From an uncultured Clostridia bacterium (GTDB lineage: Bacteria; CAYTYR01; UBA6262), in contig CAYTYR010000016.1 in assembly GCA_964441745.1 (NCBI GenBank), forward strand, positions 1 to 49,043: a DNA stretch of 49,043 nt, in the 5' to 3' direction. Position numbers and translations under genes: made by a program. The notes under the pieces were generated by a model. That model saw only the letters and a list, made by a program, of their open reading frames with translations, was not told the DNA's origin and made no database searches. Below, one piece after another: positions 10,182 through 19,842 of the stretch; position 1 is the first letter of the stretch; each line of letters begins with the position of its first letter.

Positions 10182-10929
10182 AAGCTTTGACAAATTCACT
10201 GATCTTTAATAATTTAAAAAATAGATATTTAATCAGATTAAACCGTCCGCCGTTCTCAATTATGGCTCTTTTCATTTCCCGCGTAATAATGATCGTGCTT
10301 TTGAGACCCCGATTACTGACGCCGGAATCTCTCATACACACAATATTAGCATTAATGTATTTGCTCCGAATGTGATTTTTTTGCAAAAAACGGTACATTA
10401 ACTCTACATCCGCGGCAATTCTAAAATCAGTCCTATAGAGACCAAATTGCTGGTATAAAGATCTCCTGCAATAAAACGTAGGATGCGCTGGTGTCCAGCT
10501 CTTTTCGAATAACCCGTCACAAAATTCCCGGGATTTCCAGCACCGCGTCACGCGCGAGGTATCTTGACGATTAACATACACCAGATTGCCATGGACGCTG
10601 TCGACCGCCAGGCTGGTAAAGGCCGAGACAATGTTCTGAATTACTGTATTATCGTAAAACATATCATCGGCATTTAAAAACCCGACAATATCTCCAGAGG
10701 CCGCTGAAATCCCTTTATTCATCCCTTCATAAATACCCTTATCCGGCTCAGAGACAACCTTGGCGATCCGACCCTTATATTTATTTATGACCTCCAGGGA
10801 TCCATCCGTCGATCCGCCATCAATAATAATATACTCTATATTCTTGTAGGTTTGCCCTAAAATACTTAGTATAGCCTCTTCTATCGTAGAACGGGAGTTT
10901 AAAGTCACGGTAATGATAGAAACCAGCAT
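10168..10929 (-). CDS. GT2 glycosyltransferase (WcaE-like)
   Basis: VSIIT..IDGGSTDGS..SEPDKGIYEGMNKG..FLNADD..HPTFY..AADVE. Confidence 0.92.
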   Translation of the reverse strand: MLVSIITVTLNSRSTIEEAILSILGQTYKNIEYIIIDGGSTDGSLEVINKYKGRIAKVVSEPDKGIYEGMNKGISAASGDIVGFLNADDMFYDNTVIQNIVSAFTSLAVDSVHGNLVYVNRQDTSRVTRCWKSREFCDGLFEKSWTPAHPTFYCRRSLYQQFGLYRTDFRIAADVELMYRFLQKNHIRSKYINANIVCMRDSGVSNRGLKSTIIITREMKRAIIENGGRFNLIKYLFFKLLKISEFVKAYEKR

Positions 10930-10932
10930 AGA

Positions 10933-12027
10933 TCAGCCTCGCTCTATGTTTTCGTTCATGATCTGCTCATAAAATGACATAGTTTCCCGATAGCAAGTCT
11001 CCCAGGAAAACCGCCGGGACTGCGCATAACCTTTTTTTATTATTTGATCACGAAATTCGGCATTCTCCAACCGCCGAATATTAGCGACAAACATCTCCGG
11101 ACTAATTTCCTTAATCAGCAATCCAGCTTCACTGCAGACCTCAGGCACAGATGATGTCTTTACGGCGATAACCGGACATCCTGCTGCCATCGCTTCTATT
11201 ATAGGGATCCCGAATCCTTCATAACTGGACGGATAAAGCAAAGCCTGCGCGCAATTATAGAACCGATTAAGCTGTGTACTATCCACCAGCGGCAAGTGCC
11301 TGTGCCGTCCAGGAATTAATTTATTCACTAATACGGCTTCTTCAGAGCTAAGCTTTCCGCCACCTACGCTCACCAACCAGTAGGTTGGTAGTGCCGCTAC
11401 TGATTCTACCGCGAGACGAAAATTCTTATAAGAATTACGGCTACCGATAAAAAGAATATAGGGAGCCTCAGGGAAGTCAGGATCTAAAACCTTTTTTTCT
11501 GCCGGATCAAGCGGCTTAAAATATTCCGAAACTCCCAGATATATGACGCGAACCTTATCCGGGGAAATTTCCGGATAATATTTCAATAAATCACGCTTGG
11601 TGCTTTCCGAAATACAAATGATGCCGCTCGCTGCCTTTACAGCCGCTTTCTTTTGCATAGAGTGTACTAAGCGGGGAACGCCGTGACGGAACCGCTCGTA
11701 GGCAAAATCATATACGGTAACTATGTTGACAGTACCAGCTACCATTGGTCGCCGATAATAGCTGGAGTGGTAAATAACGCCTTTCTTGCTGACCACCGGA
11801 TAAGGAAGATAACGCGATAAGTATAAAGGCAGGGGCCTCTCCCTAATTATCGAAGCAAGCTCTAGATCAAGTTTTTTTCGGAAAATATTTAATTCAGCCC
11901 GGGGGTGTTCAATCACCCGTACTGAATGTCCGTCTCTTTTTATCCGCTTAAGAAGTTCGTACCAGTATACGGATATCCCACCCGCGCGTTGCAGAGAAAA
12001 AATAACATTATCATATACATAATTCAT
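10933..12027 (-). CDS. GT4 glycosyltransferase
   Basis: QRAGGISVY, HSSYY, YKNF, SYEGFGIPIIEAMAAGCPV. Confidence 0.92.
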   Translation of the reverse strand: MNYVYDNVIFSLQRAGGISVYWYELLKRIKRDGHSVRVIEHPRAELNIFRKKLDLELASIIRERPLPLYLSRYLPYPVVSKKGVIYHSSYYRRPMVAGTVNIVTVYDFAYERFRHGVPRLVHSMQKKAAVKAASGIICISESTKRDLLKYYPEISPDKVRVIYLGVSEYFKPLDPAEKKVLDPDFPEAPYILFIGSRNSYKNFRLAVESVAALPTYWLVSVGGGKLSSEEAVLVNKLIPGRHRHLPLVDSTQLNRFYNCAQALLYPSSYEGFGIPIIEAMAAGCPVIAVKTSSVPEVCSEAGLLIKEISPEMFVANIRRLENAEFRDQIIKKGYAQSRRFSWETCYRETMSFYEQIMNENIERG

Positions 12028-12068
12028 TATTGGCCCACTTAGCTGAAATGATCATTGCACTGCCATTT

Positions 12069-12097
12069 ATTATATCAGTAATCAATAATTTGTTTAA
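12069..12097 (-). promoter_or_regulatory. Candidate internal sigma70 extended -10 promoter
   Basis: Minus strand reads TGaTATAAT at 12077..12069 inside the largest internal intergenic gap (12028..12129); weak -35 (TTAAAC) at 17 bp; AT-rich upstream. Confidence 0.45.
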
Positions 12098-12129
12098 CTT
12101 TTATTTAGCATATTTTCAGTCGCAATCCA

Positions 12130-13329
12130 TTAGTTTCCGATAAGAAAGCGTTCATATGCCAACAAGGCTGAATTATAAGAGTATTTCTGTTCCAACACAG
12201 ATTTAATGCTATCATAAGAATTAATTATTAATTTTTTGTCGAGAAAGGTTATTATTAAATCTGCAATACTCTCAACTGTTGCGTCACGTGCAATCCAGCC
12301 AGGTTGAAAATCGCGCATTACTTCAGGGAGAGCACCGACAGGCGTAACCAAGGTATACTTTCCGCAAGCTAATGATTCTAAAGCGATAATGCCGAAACAT
12401 TCCAGTTGGGCGGAAGGCACTACTGAAGCGTCACAAGATCCGTAAGCCTGAGGTAACTGAGCGGCTGGTACAAATCCCATAAACATGACATCATCCTGCA
12501 AACCCAATGAATCCCGAAGCTTGACTAAATATCGGAGCATGGAACCACTGCCACCTATAGCGGTGAAAGGCCTAAAGCCCCGACTTTTTACCAAGGCTAA
12601 GGACTTAAGTAAATTATCTAAGCCCATCCTTGATTCCAAACGACGCAGCACAAATATCACCGGTCTCCCTTGCGGCCACTTTAACTGTTGTCTAGTAGCA
12701 TTAGTTTCATCACTGCTTAAGGGATGAAAGTGCTTAGTATCTACCCATCCGGGAATCTTTATAATTTTTTGAGCAATAGCGTTCCCATAATGCTGAGTTA
12801 TAAGCGAAGAAGTGTATTCTGATAAAACGGTTAGAGCTGAAGACCTTTGAAATGAATCCTTCTCTATCTGCCGCACAACTGGTAATCCTAACAAGGTTTT
12901 GATTTTTCCCTTAATTCCATAAGCACTCCAGGCAATTTTTAACTCCTCTACAGCTGGAGAATGAATTGTATAACAACTCCGTGAATTATTCTGGAACAAA
13001 TCTAGAGCGGCATTATACTGCAGTATATGGTGTCCATGTACCACATCCGGTGCTTTAACAATATATTTATTTAGCAACTTCTTAACCGCTGTTATATGAG
13101 CCTGATGCCTCAGAAAAGTTGTACCTAAGCTATGCGTTAATTGGTAACGAAGAACCGTTATTCCGTTTATATTTACATTTTCTTTGCCACATTCATATAA
13201 ATCCTCGCAAACAACTGTAATTTTGTGCCCTCGGTGTGCTAACCCAATGGCTAAATCATACGCAATCCGTACGCTACCCCCGCCACGCTCCGCATCAAAC
13301 GACATTGTTGTAACGAGTATGTTAGCCAT
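12130..13329 (-). CDS. GT4 glycosyltransferase
   Basis: RRLESRMG, LECFGIIALESLACG, VGALPE; start ATG 13329 or TTG 13335. Confidence 0.88.
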   Translation of the reverse strand: MANILVTTMSFDAERGGGSVRIAYDLAIGLAHRGHKITVVCEDLYECGKENVNINGITVLRYQLTHSLGTTFLRHQAHITAVKKLLNKYIVKAPDVVHGHHILQYNAALDLFQNNSRSCYTIHSPAVEELKIAWSAYGIKGKIKTLLGLPVVRQIEKDSFQRSSALTVLSEYTSSLITQHYGNAIAQKIIKIPGWVDTKHFHPLSSDETNATRQQLKWPQGRPVIFVLRRLESRMGLDNLLKSLALVKSRGFRPFTAIGGSGSMLRYLVKLRDSLGLQDDVMFMGFVPAAQLPQAYGSCDASVVPSAQLECFGIIALESLACGKYTLVTPVGALPEVMRDFQPGWIARDATVESIADLIITFLDKKLIINSYDSIKSVLEQKYSYNSALLAYERFLIGN

Positions 13330-13359
13330 CCCCAAACTGCTCCTTTTAGTACAGTTGAG

Positions 13360-14463
13360 TTATCTCATCTTCCGATAATACTCAGAATTAACAAAAATCC
13401 CTTTATATGGACTAAATAAGTCATTGGGAATAGAACGAAATGCATTCATGATCATAATAATAACAATAACAGCATAAAATATTAACCGACTCATATCCTT
13501 TTTCGAAAACAAATAGATTAGGTATGGCAAAAGAAAGATTTCAAACATGCTCCCATAAAATAGGTTTCCTCTTCCTACGAAAGTTTGAACAGTATTGTTA
13601 AATATAATATAAACTATTATGGATATGAAATAAATATTCAACATTAATTCTATATAGGGGACTTTTTCCTTAAGCTTGTTTACATTCAGGTAGATTGCAA
13701 GAAATATAATTAATCGCTTAACCAATCCGAAGAAAACATTCATCATAGGATTAAGTATTTCAATTTTACCACCAGGGGGCCCTATTCTTATTCTTAATCT
13801 TTCAAAGATCAACATTTTACTCGGAATGGCTGCTAAAGTAGTTCTAAATATTTCGACTATAATAGGATTTAACATTACGGCTACCATAAATATTGTTACA
13901 TAGACATCTCTTGATATACGCCTATCCAGGAAGTATATTATTAAAAACGGGACTGCAGCCAGGTGGAACGACGAAGCTATAGTTACAAAAAACACAAATT
14001 TCCAGAATTGACGTGATATGACATAACGAAAAGAATAAAGGCAGACAGCTAAAGCTATATGCTGTCGATTCATGCCCATATAACCAATAAAAGTGCAATA
14101 AAAACACAATAAAGTAATTAATGGAAATTCTGTATAATCATAAATTGATTTTAAGTATAATGAATAAATTATAATTGCATGGACGATCAAAAAAACGGAA
14201 TAATTTCTTGATACTAAATGGATAAGATCGTTTAGTAGTTTATAACCGATTTCTGCGGGAGGACGCACAAATCCGACCGCGTTATCAAAATACATTTTAT
14301 AGTTAGCCCAGTCTGTGCCAGTTTCCCATCTAAATCCATCTTGAAAAACAAGGATAATGAACATTATGGCCAAGAAAACCCATTTTTGCTCTCGTTTAAG
14401 ATTCAGCAAGTCAAAATGGCCGATAAAAATCAAAAATAATATTATTACCAGATAAATTTCCAC
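13360..14463 (-). CDS. wzy: EpsG-family polysaccharide polymerase (Wzy-type)
   Basis: Highly hydrophobic, AT-rich; FRWETGTDWANY, EIGY, RQHIA, ASSFHLAA motifs typical of EpsG; GTG start. Confidence 0.8.
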   Translation of the reverse strand: MEIYLVIILFLIFIGHFDLLNLKREQKWVFLAIMFIILVFQDGFRWETGTDWANYKMYFDNAVGFVRPPAEIGYKLLNDLIHLVSRNYSVFLIVHAIIIYSLYLKSIYDYTEFPLITLLCFYCTFIGYMGMNRQHIALAVCLYSFRYVISRQFWKFVFFVTIASSFHLAAVPFLIIYFLDRRISRDVYVTIFMVAVMLNPIIVEIFRTTLAAIPSKMLIFERLRIRIGPPGGKIEILNPMMNVFFGLVKRLIIFLAIYLNVNKLKEKVPYIELMLNIYFISIIVYIIFNNTVQTFVGRGNLFYGSMFEIFLLPYLIYLFSKKDMSRLIFYAVIVIIMIMNAFRSIPNDLFSPYKGIFVNSEYYRKMR

Positions 14464-14500
14464 TTTTAGCCTTCCGCAGCAGGTTTTATCGCTAACCTCT

Positions 14501-15259
14501 TTATAAGGGAGTTAACATGACTTCATCTACATATTTATCTTTGCTTATTATCTCGCCATTCAAATCTCTAATAACATATGGCAATTTAAGTTCAGTAATG
14601 GTTTTAAAGAGAAGTACGAATAGTTGAGGGGAATGTACGGCCATAAAGATCAGTGGACTATTTATCTTCAATATATTAACTGCTCCTTTTAAAAAATCAA
14701 TCTCCGATCCTTCGATATCAACTTTAATAATATCTGGCGGCCTTATTGATTCCTCTTTCAAAATTGCATCGAGGGTACTAACCGTTACCTCTATATTGCC
14801 TTCGGGATTTATATGGCAGGAAGAAGCCTCATTACCGCAGAAAAATTTATCTTTCCCTGAATGATCCGACAAGGCCTTGGGGATTATTTTTATATTAGTT
14901 AATCTATTCAAGAGAATATGATGAGACAGATATTCAATATTCTTGGGAAAAGGCTCAAAAGCAATCACCTCACCTGTATTATCTACATATTTTGCAGCCA
15001 ATAATGAATAGTAACCGACATTAGCGCCAACGTCATAAAAAACGAGACCGGGCCGCAAACGGGCCTTAACAGCCAACTGTTTTTCGACTTCATACGAGCC
15101 TAACCACATGCCATGGGTCTGAGAACCGACGATCCAACGCATACCCTTCAGGGGTCCCTGCAAGACAGGCATTACGGTTCCCCTAGGGATACAGGAAAGA
15201 CATTTTCTTAATAATGAACCTATTAAAGAAGAACGCGATAGTCCTGAAAAATTAATCAA
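14501..15259 (-). CDS. FkbM family methyltransferase
   Basis: YDVGANVGYYS, AFEP, IKVDIEGSE. Confidence 0.9.
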   Translation of the reverse strand: MINFSGLSRSSLIGSLLRKCLSCIPRGTVMPVLQGPLKGMRWIVGSQTHGMWLGSYEVEKQLAVKARLRPGLVFYDVGANVGYYSLLAAKYVDNTGEVIAFEPFPKNIEYLSHHILLNRLTNIKIIPKALSDHSGKDKFFCGNEASSCHINPEGNIEVTVSTLDAILKEESIRPPDIIKVDIEGSEIDFLKGAVNILKINSPLIFMAVHSPQLFVLLFKTITELKLPYVIRDLNGEIISKDKYVDEVMLTPL

Positions 15260-15290
15260 TTATAATCACCTTTTTCGCTAAGATATCGCC

Positions 15291-16358
15291 CTAATTGGTT
15301 TTCTGCAAAACAGCGTAGAATTCATTAGAGCCAAAGACTGTAGGGAAGACCCGCGCTACCCGCAGATCAATAAACCCAATTTCACATAACCCGGTTACAA
15401 TTTCGCTGAACGATTGCGGTTGAAAAGTCCAGCAATGCAAATCATTGTATTCATGTTTTTGCACACTTTGCGCGATTCGCTCTAGAGAAACTGACAGGTT
15501 CCTTCCACACAAGGTTTTGTGGGGATTAGCCCCGTGATCATTAAGCCAATGTCTTTGAGGATAATTGTGAGTCACAAATTCGAGCCCTTTTAATACATTT
15601 TCTACATTGGGCACTTTCCTTTTTTCAACGTAGGCCGCCAAAACCCCGGCAAGCTGGCTGCTTTCCTGATAATAATCAGCCGTATATCTTTTATCGGGGA
15701 TTATTAAAAAATAATACCCCCCGCCCGATAGTATAGCACTTACCTCTTTAAGATGAGTAATAAGATCCGGATAATGTTCAACATTATGACAGGAAACAAC
15801 CACAGAAAATCTTTTCGTTCCTACGGCAGCGGCCAGGGATATTTCTTTTGTCTGATAATCTATTTTAGGAACATCCTTAGGATTTCGCTTTTGATTGACA
15901 GCTTCCAATTGTAGTTCCGTGGTACTAAAATAATCACTATAATAAGTTTCTGTATTATTTCCTAAGACAGGTGAACAAAAAGGGCCGATTTCCAATCTTG
16001 CCCCCTTAAAATTATTAATTACCTCTATAAAGTCCTTGCGGTTCCTAACCAGGGAGCAGGCCCTGCCTTCCCGCATCCCTGTCTGAACATAATGATCCCT
16101 AAGTTCTTCATCGTTCAAATGATCCAGATCCCTATTGAGTTCCCTATAAATTGAAAGATCAAAGGCTTCGGGTAGGCTTGGGTCATCCAAAGTTTCTAAT
16201 ATGGCCATTTTCTTAGTGCTAATCTCCGATTGCGCAACTTTCACTGCGACTATCCGGAGTATTTCTGATAGTTTCAGTTTTACTCCTAAACCACCCAGTA
16301 GACGATTAATAATCCTGGTAAAATATTTAATTATGAAGTTTCTAATACTCTTTAGCAT
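15291..16358 (-). CDS. Class I SAM-methyltransferase-like protein with N-terminal FDxxxY..HYxxxGxxEGR module
   Basis: LEIGPF, SCHNVEHYPDLI, IIPDKRYTAD, HCWTF motifs. Confidence 0.7.
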   Translation of the reverse strand: MLKSIRNFIIKYFTRIINRLLGGLGVKLKLSEILRIVAVKVAQSEISTKKMAILETLDDPSLPEAFDLSIYRELNRDLDHLNDEELRDHYVQTGMREGRACSLVRNRKDFIEVINNFKGARLEIGPFCSPVLGNNTETYYSDYFSTTELQLEAVNQKRNPKDVPKIDYQTKEISLAAAVGTKRFSVVVSCHNVEHYPDLITHLKEVSAILSGGGYYFLIIPDKRYTADYYQESSQLAGVLAAYVEKRKVPNVENVLKGLEFVTHNYPQRHWLNDHGANPHKTLCGRNLSVSLERIAQSVQKHEYNDLHCWTFQPQSFSEIVTGLCEIGFIDLRVARVFPTVFGSNEFYAVLQKTN

Positions 16359-17281
16359 ATTTTGAATCCCTTAATAACCCTGCTGGGATCATTTTTTTTC
16401 ATCCGTTTCAAACCTGATTCAATACCACTTGGGTGCATCTTTAGTTCCTGGCGAATTTTATTAGTTGAAAATGAAGTATCTACGGGACGCGGCGCTATTT
16501 CTGGAAAATAAGAGCTGGGCACAGGTTTAATAAGTTTTTTACTGAATCCGAATATCTCAGCCGTTTTTACCGCAAATTCATAAAGACTCACGTGATCAGC
16601 CCCTGATACGTGATAAATGCCGGTTCTTTCAGCATCTACAATTTTCCATATTACCTTGGCGCAATCTTCGGCAAAAAGCGGCTGAGAGTAACGGTCATTA
16701 ACAACCTTGATAGTCTTTCCTTCGCAGAGTAAGCGCAACCAATTGGTCACCGGATTATACCTGCTGTTCTGAAAATGCCAGCCATACATCAAGATAGCGC
16801 GAACAATGGAATATTTCAGGCCACTGTTAGAAACCAAATCCTCAGCTTCAACTTTTAAACGGCCATAATAATTAACAGGTAAACGCTCAGAATCTTCCGC
16901 GTACGGCGGTTTTTTACCGTCAAAAACGGCATTTGTGGATATATAGATCAACCTACTATTGTTGCGCCGGCAGGCAGCTATTATGTTTTTTGTCCCGGCA
17001 ACATTAATTTTTCTAGCTAATGAATGATTATGTTCCGCAAAATCAACATTACCTATACCAGCCGCATGAATTACTACATCCGGCCTAGCCCATTCCATAA
17101 CTGCTTGGAAAGTTTCTTTCTTATTGGTAATATCGAGCTTTCTGGCAGGATAGGGCAAAACATTTTCCCAGCAATCCCTTAAATATGTAACAAATACCCG
17201 GGTATCGGCTGGACAATTCTCTGCAAGAGCTTTACCTAGTATACCGGTACCGCCAGTTATAAGAACTCGTTTAATTGCCAT
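16352..17281 (-). CDS. dTDP-4-dehydrorhamnose reductase-like (RmlD family SDR)
   Basis: TGGTGILG, PDVVIHAA, YISTNAVFDG, PVNYYGRLK, APRP; ATG at 17281. Confidence 0.85.
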   Translation of the reverse strand: MAIKRVLITGGTGILGKALAENCPADTRVFVTYLRDCWENVLPYPARKLDITNKKETFQAVMEWARPDVVIHAAGIGNVDFAEHNHSLARKINVAGTKNIIAACRRNNSRLIYISTNAVFDGKKPPYAEDSERLPVNYYGRLKVEAEDLVSNSGLKYSIVRAILMYGWHFQNSRYNPVTNWLRLLCEGKTIKVVNDRYSQPLFAEDCAKVIWKIVDAERTGIYHVSGADHVSLYEFAVKTAEIFGFSKKLIKPVPSSYFPEIAPRPVDTSFSTNKIRQELKMHPSGIESGLKRMKKNDPSRVIKGFKIC

Positions 17282-18407
17282 TATACAGGTCCTTCCAAAT
17301 TTGATAGGTCTGCCCGGCAATTTTATTAAAGCTGTAATAATCACTTATGCGTTTCACCCCAAGATTGCCAAGATTCATGCGCAAACCCCGGTCATTCTGA
17401 AGTTTTTGCAAATGGCTCATTAACGCTTCAATATCTCCCTCCGGGAAGATTAACCCCGCTTTTCCTATAATGTTCGGGGTTTCGCCGCAATCTGAACCTA
17501 TGACCGGCAACCGCGAACTCATGGCCTGAGCGACAATCAAGCCAAACTGCTCCTTCCATAAGGGTGTGGATATCGAGGAAGAAACCAGCACATCCATCGC
17601 ATTATAATATCTTGCTAATTCAAAATGTGGCACCGGGTCAATCAACCTGATATGATCAACGATGCCTAATGCCGCCGCCTTCTTAGAAACTTCCTCCCGC
17701 TCCGGCCCGTTACCAATCATCAAAAGCGTCCAATTGCCCTTAAGCCGCGCCGCCGCTTCAATCAATAATACCGGTCCTTTTTCCCGAACCATACGCCCGG
17801 CGAAGCCTATGACAAAGCTTTCTTGATCTAATTTCAGGTCCTGGCGAATCTTAGCGCCGTCTTTGAATTGAAAATGGTCCATATCAATACCTAACTGCGG
17901 GATAATATGGACTGGACGATTAAAACCTTTCCCTTTAATGTTCCTGGCCGCGTCCGCATTACCACAGATGACCGCCGCCGCTTGCGCGAGAGTAAACTTT
18001 TCAAAACAATATAATGGCCGGGCCAGAGGCGTTTCTATGTTGGCCCACGTAAATGGAATAAATTTTGCCCTGGGCGCCCAAATCCTTTTGTAAAATGCCG
18101 CCTGAAATACAGTTAATCCTCTGGTGTCTTCCTCGATCTGAATAATATCGGGCTTAAACTCCCTCATTGTCAAGTCCAACGTCTGATACAAATATCTCCC
18201 CCCCCTGCCTGTAAAAATAGTGGACAGAGGTAAGAATGAAAAGTCCCCCGAGGATGGCTTTTCAGCGGTTAGAAGCGGGTGTACCGCCTCTTGCCAAACT
18301 TTCGGCACAATAACTCTAATTTCTGTATCAGGGTATAAAGCTAACTCTTCAATCTTTTTCTGGTTAATCTTAACAATATATGTTCGGGCAATAATTAATA
18401 CCTTCAT
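17271..18407 (-). CDS. GT4 glycosyltransferase
   Basis: GRMVREKG, WKEQFGLIVAQAM, GSDCGE. Confidence 0.88.
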   Translation of the reverse strand: MKVLIIARTYIVKINQKKIEELALYPDTEIRVIVPKVWQEAVHPLLTAEKPSSGDFSFLPLSTIFTGRGGRYLYQTLDLTMREFKPDIIQIEEDTRGLTVFQAAFYKRIWAPRAKFIPFTWANIETPLARPLYCFEKFTLAQAAAVICGNADAARNIKGKGFNRPVHIIPQLGIDMDHFQFKDGAKIRQDLKLDQESFVIGFAGRMVREKGPVLLIEAAARLKGNWTLLMIGNGPEREEVSKKAAALGIVDHIRLIDPVPHFELARYYNAMDVLVSSSISTPLWKEQFGLIVAQAMSSRLPVIGSDCGETPNIIGKAGLIFPEGDIEALMSHLQKLQNDRGLRMNLGNLGVKRISDYYSFNKIAGQTYQIWKDLYNGN

Positions 18408-18408
18408 A

Positions 18409-19356
18409 TTATAAGCTTACCCCATTTTTTATTTTAAGAGAAATAGACCAAAGCCGACTGGCTAAGATTCCCGGGAAACATGTGAATATAAAGAACACGA
18501 ATAACTTTAGACTGAAATATTTGTACGGCCCGATTAATTTACGCGCCCTACCGGTATGACCATTAGCCAATTCATCCTTTGCCAACTTAAAGGCCAGCGC
18601 CATATTATTCCTATAACCAATCTTTTTAAGAAGTTCGCCATATTTCTTTTCAAATTCCCGGTCCAATTGCTTAAACGAATCGATTACGCTTATGGTTTCC
18701 TTAATAAGCCTAACCTCTTTTGTAACGCTGGTCATATCTTGATGATAACGGTATGTAGCCAAAGGTTGGCTTATATAAGCAGCTGTACCGCTATAAAGAA
18801 TCCTCATGAACAAGTCATATTCTTCCGTCAAGTGCAGCTCCGGGTTAAAGAGACTGCCTAACTTGTCAATCGCTTCCCGGCGAACCATCGCCGTAGAAAC
18901 ATGAACAGGATAATCATGCAGAAACTTTTCAAAAACAAGCCCATCCGGTTGATGCTTCCCGTATTTTACCGCCCGGTGCCGATCACGGGTGACGTAATAA
19001 TTCGTATATACAAAATCCGTGTCCGGTTGGCTGTTGAAAACCGCCACCTGCAGTTCCAGCTTAGCAGGAAGCCAAATATCATCGTGATCTATGAAAGCGA
19101 TGTATTTCCCGCAGGACCGTTTAAGGGCTTCATTCCGGGAATACCCCAGACCATGGTTCTGCTGGTATTGATAGATGATGGGTAATTTCCGGCCAAGGTA
19201 TTCCTTTATAATGGTCCCCGTGGAGTCTGTTGAGCCATCATCAATTATTACTAATTCCCAATCCTTATAAGTCTGGCTGACTATGCTTTCCAAGGTTTCC
19301 CTAAGATATTTTTCGGAATTATAGCAGCACAGGTTAATACTGACCACAGGCAGCAT
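18409..19356 (-). CDS. GT2 glycosyltransferase
   Basis: YNSEKYL..DDGSTD..SRN..FIDHDDIW..EEYDL. Confidence 0.92.
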   Translation of the reverse strand: MLPVVSINLCCYNSEKYLRETLESIVSQTYKDWELVIIDDGSTDSTGTIIKEYLGRKLPIIYQYQQNHGLGYSRNEALKRSCGKYIAFIDHDDIWLPAKLELQVAVFNSQPDTDFVYTNYYVTRDRHRAVKYGKHQPDGLVFEKFLHDYPVHVSTAMVRREAIDKLGSLFNPELHLTEEYDLFMRILYSGTAAYISQPLATYRYHQDMTSVTKEVRLIKETISVIDSFKQLDREFEKKYGELLKKIGYRNNMALAFKLAKDELANGHTGRARKLIGPYKYFSLKLFVFFIFTCFPGILASRLWSISLKIKNGVSL

Positions 19357-19359
19357 GGT

Positions 19360-19809
19360 TTATTTCCCCTCAGGCCAGGTAAATTTATAGTCGTCAAAGG
19401 AAACATCGTGCTCATCCTGGTCATCGGCACGCCAGGCTGGTGCCGGCATATTAAGCATATAGGCTTCTCCCGCACCGATATTTTGCAGTGCAGCCGGTAT
19501 CCCGGCAGGCACCTGTACTGTAGCGAACCCATTATCTTCACCGGTTAAATATTCCTCATACCCCTTGGGAGTGCAGACTACGATCTTGGCATTGCCCCTG
19601 ATACAAGTGAATAATCCCCAGCGCTTCAGGTGCAGGTGAGGTCCCTTGACTTCCCCGGGAGCGATTACGGTAAGATATACCTGGTGAGGATACTGCTCCT
19701 TTTTGATCAAACCATCGTGCACATTAAAAATAGGGATCAACCAACCGCTGGGCTTTCCTTCCTTGTTCTTAGTCACTATTTTAGGATGCTTTTGGGTAAC
19801 AATAGCCAT
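19360..19809 (-). CDS. Cupin, NDP-sugar 3,4-ketoisomerase / 3,5-epimerase-like (FdtA/WxcM/RmlC fold)
   Basis: 149 aa; QVY..PGEVKGPHLH and VQVPAGI cupin motifs; adjacent to a sugar aminotransferase. Confidence 0.7.
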   Translation of the reverse strand: MAIVTQKHPKIVTKNKEGKPSGWLIPIFNVHDGLIKKEQYPHQVYLTVIAPGEVKGPHLHLKRWGLFTCIRGNAKIVVCTPKGYEEYLTGEDNGFATVQVPAGIPAALQNIGAGEAYMLNMPAPAWRADDQDEHDVSFDDYKFTWPEGK

Positions 19810-19842
19810 AGGAGATCCTCCACTTTGTTTATGATTAAATTA

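Noticed and set aside
4158-16399. T8 (coding A8) runs at about 4158, 6228 and 16392 as phase-variation tracts
   Set aside because: They encode Lys-rich stretches in AT-rich genes, are in frame and are expected by chance.
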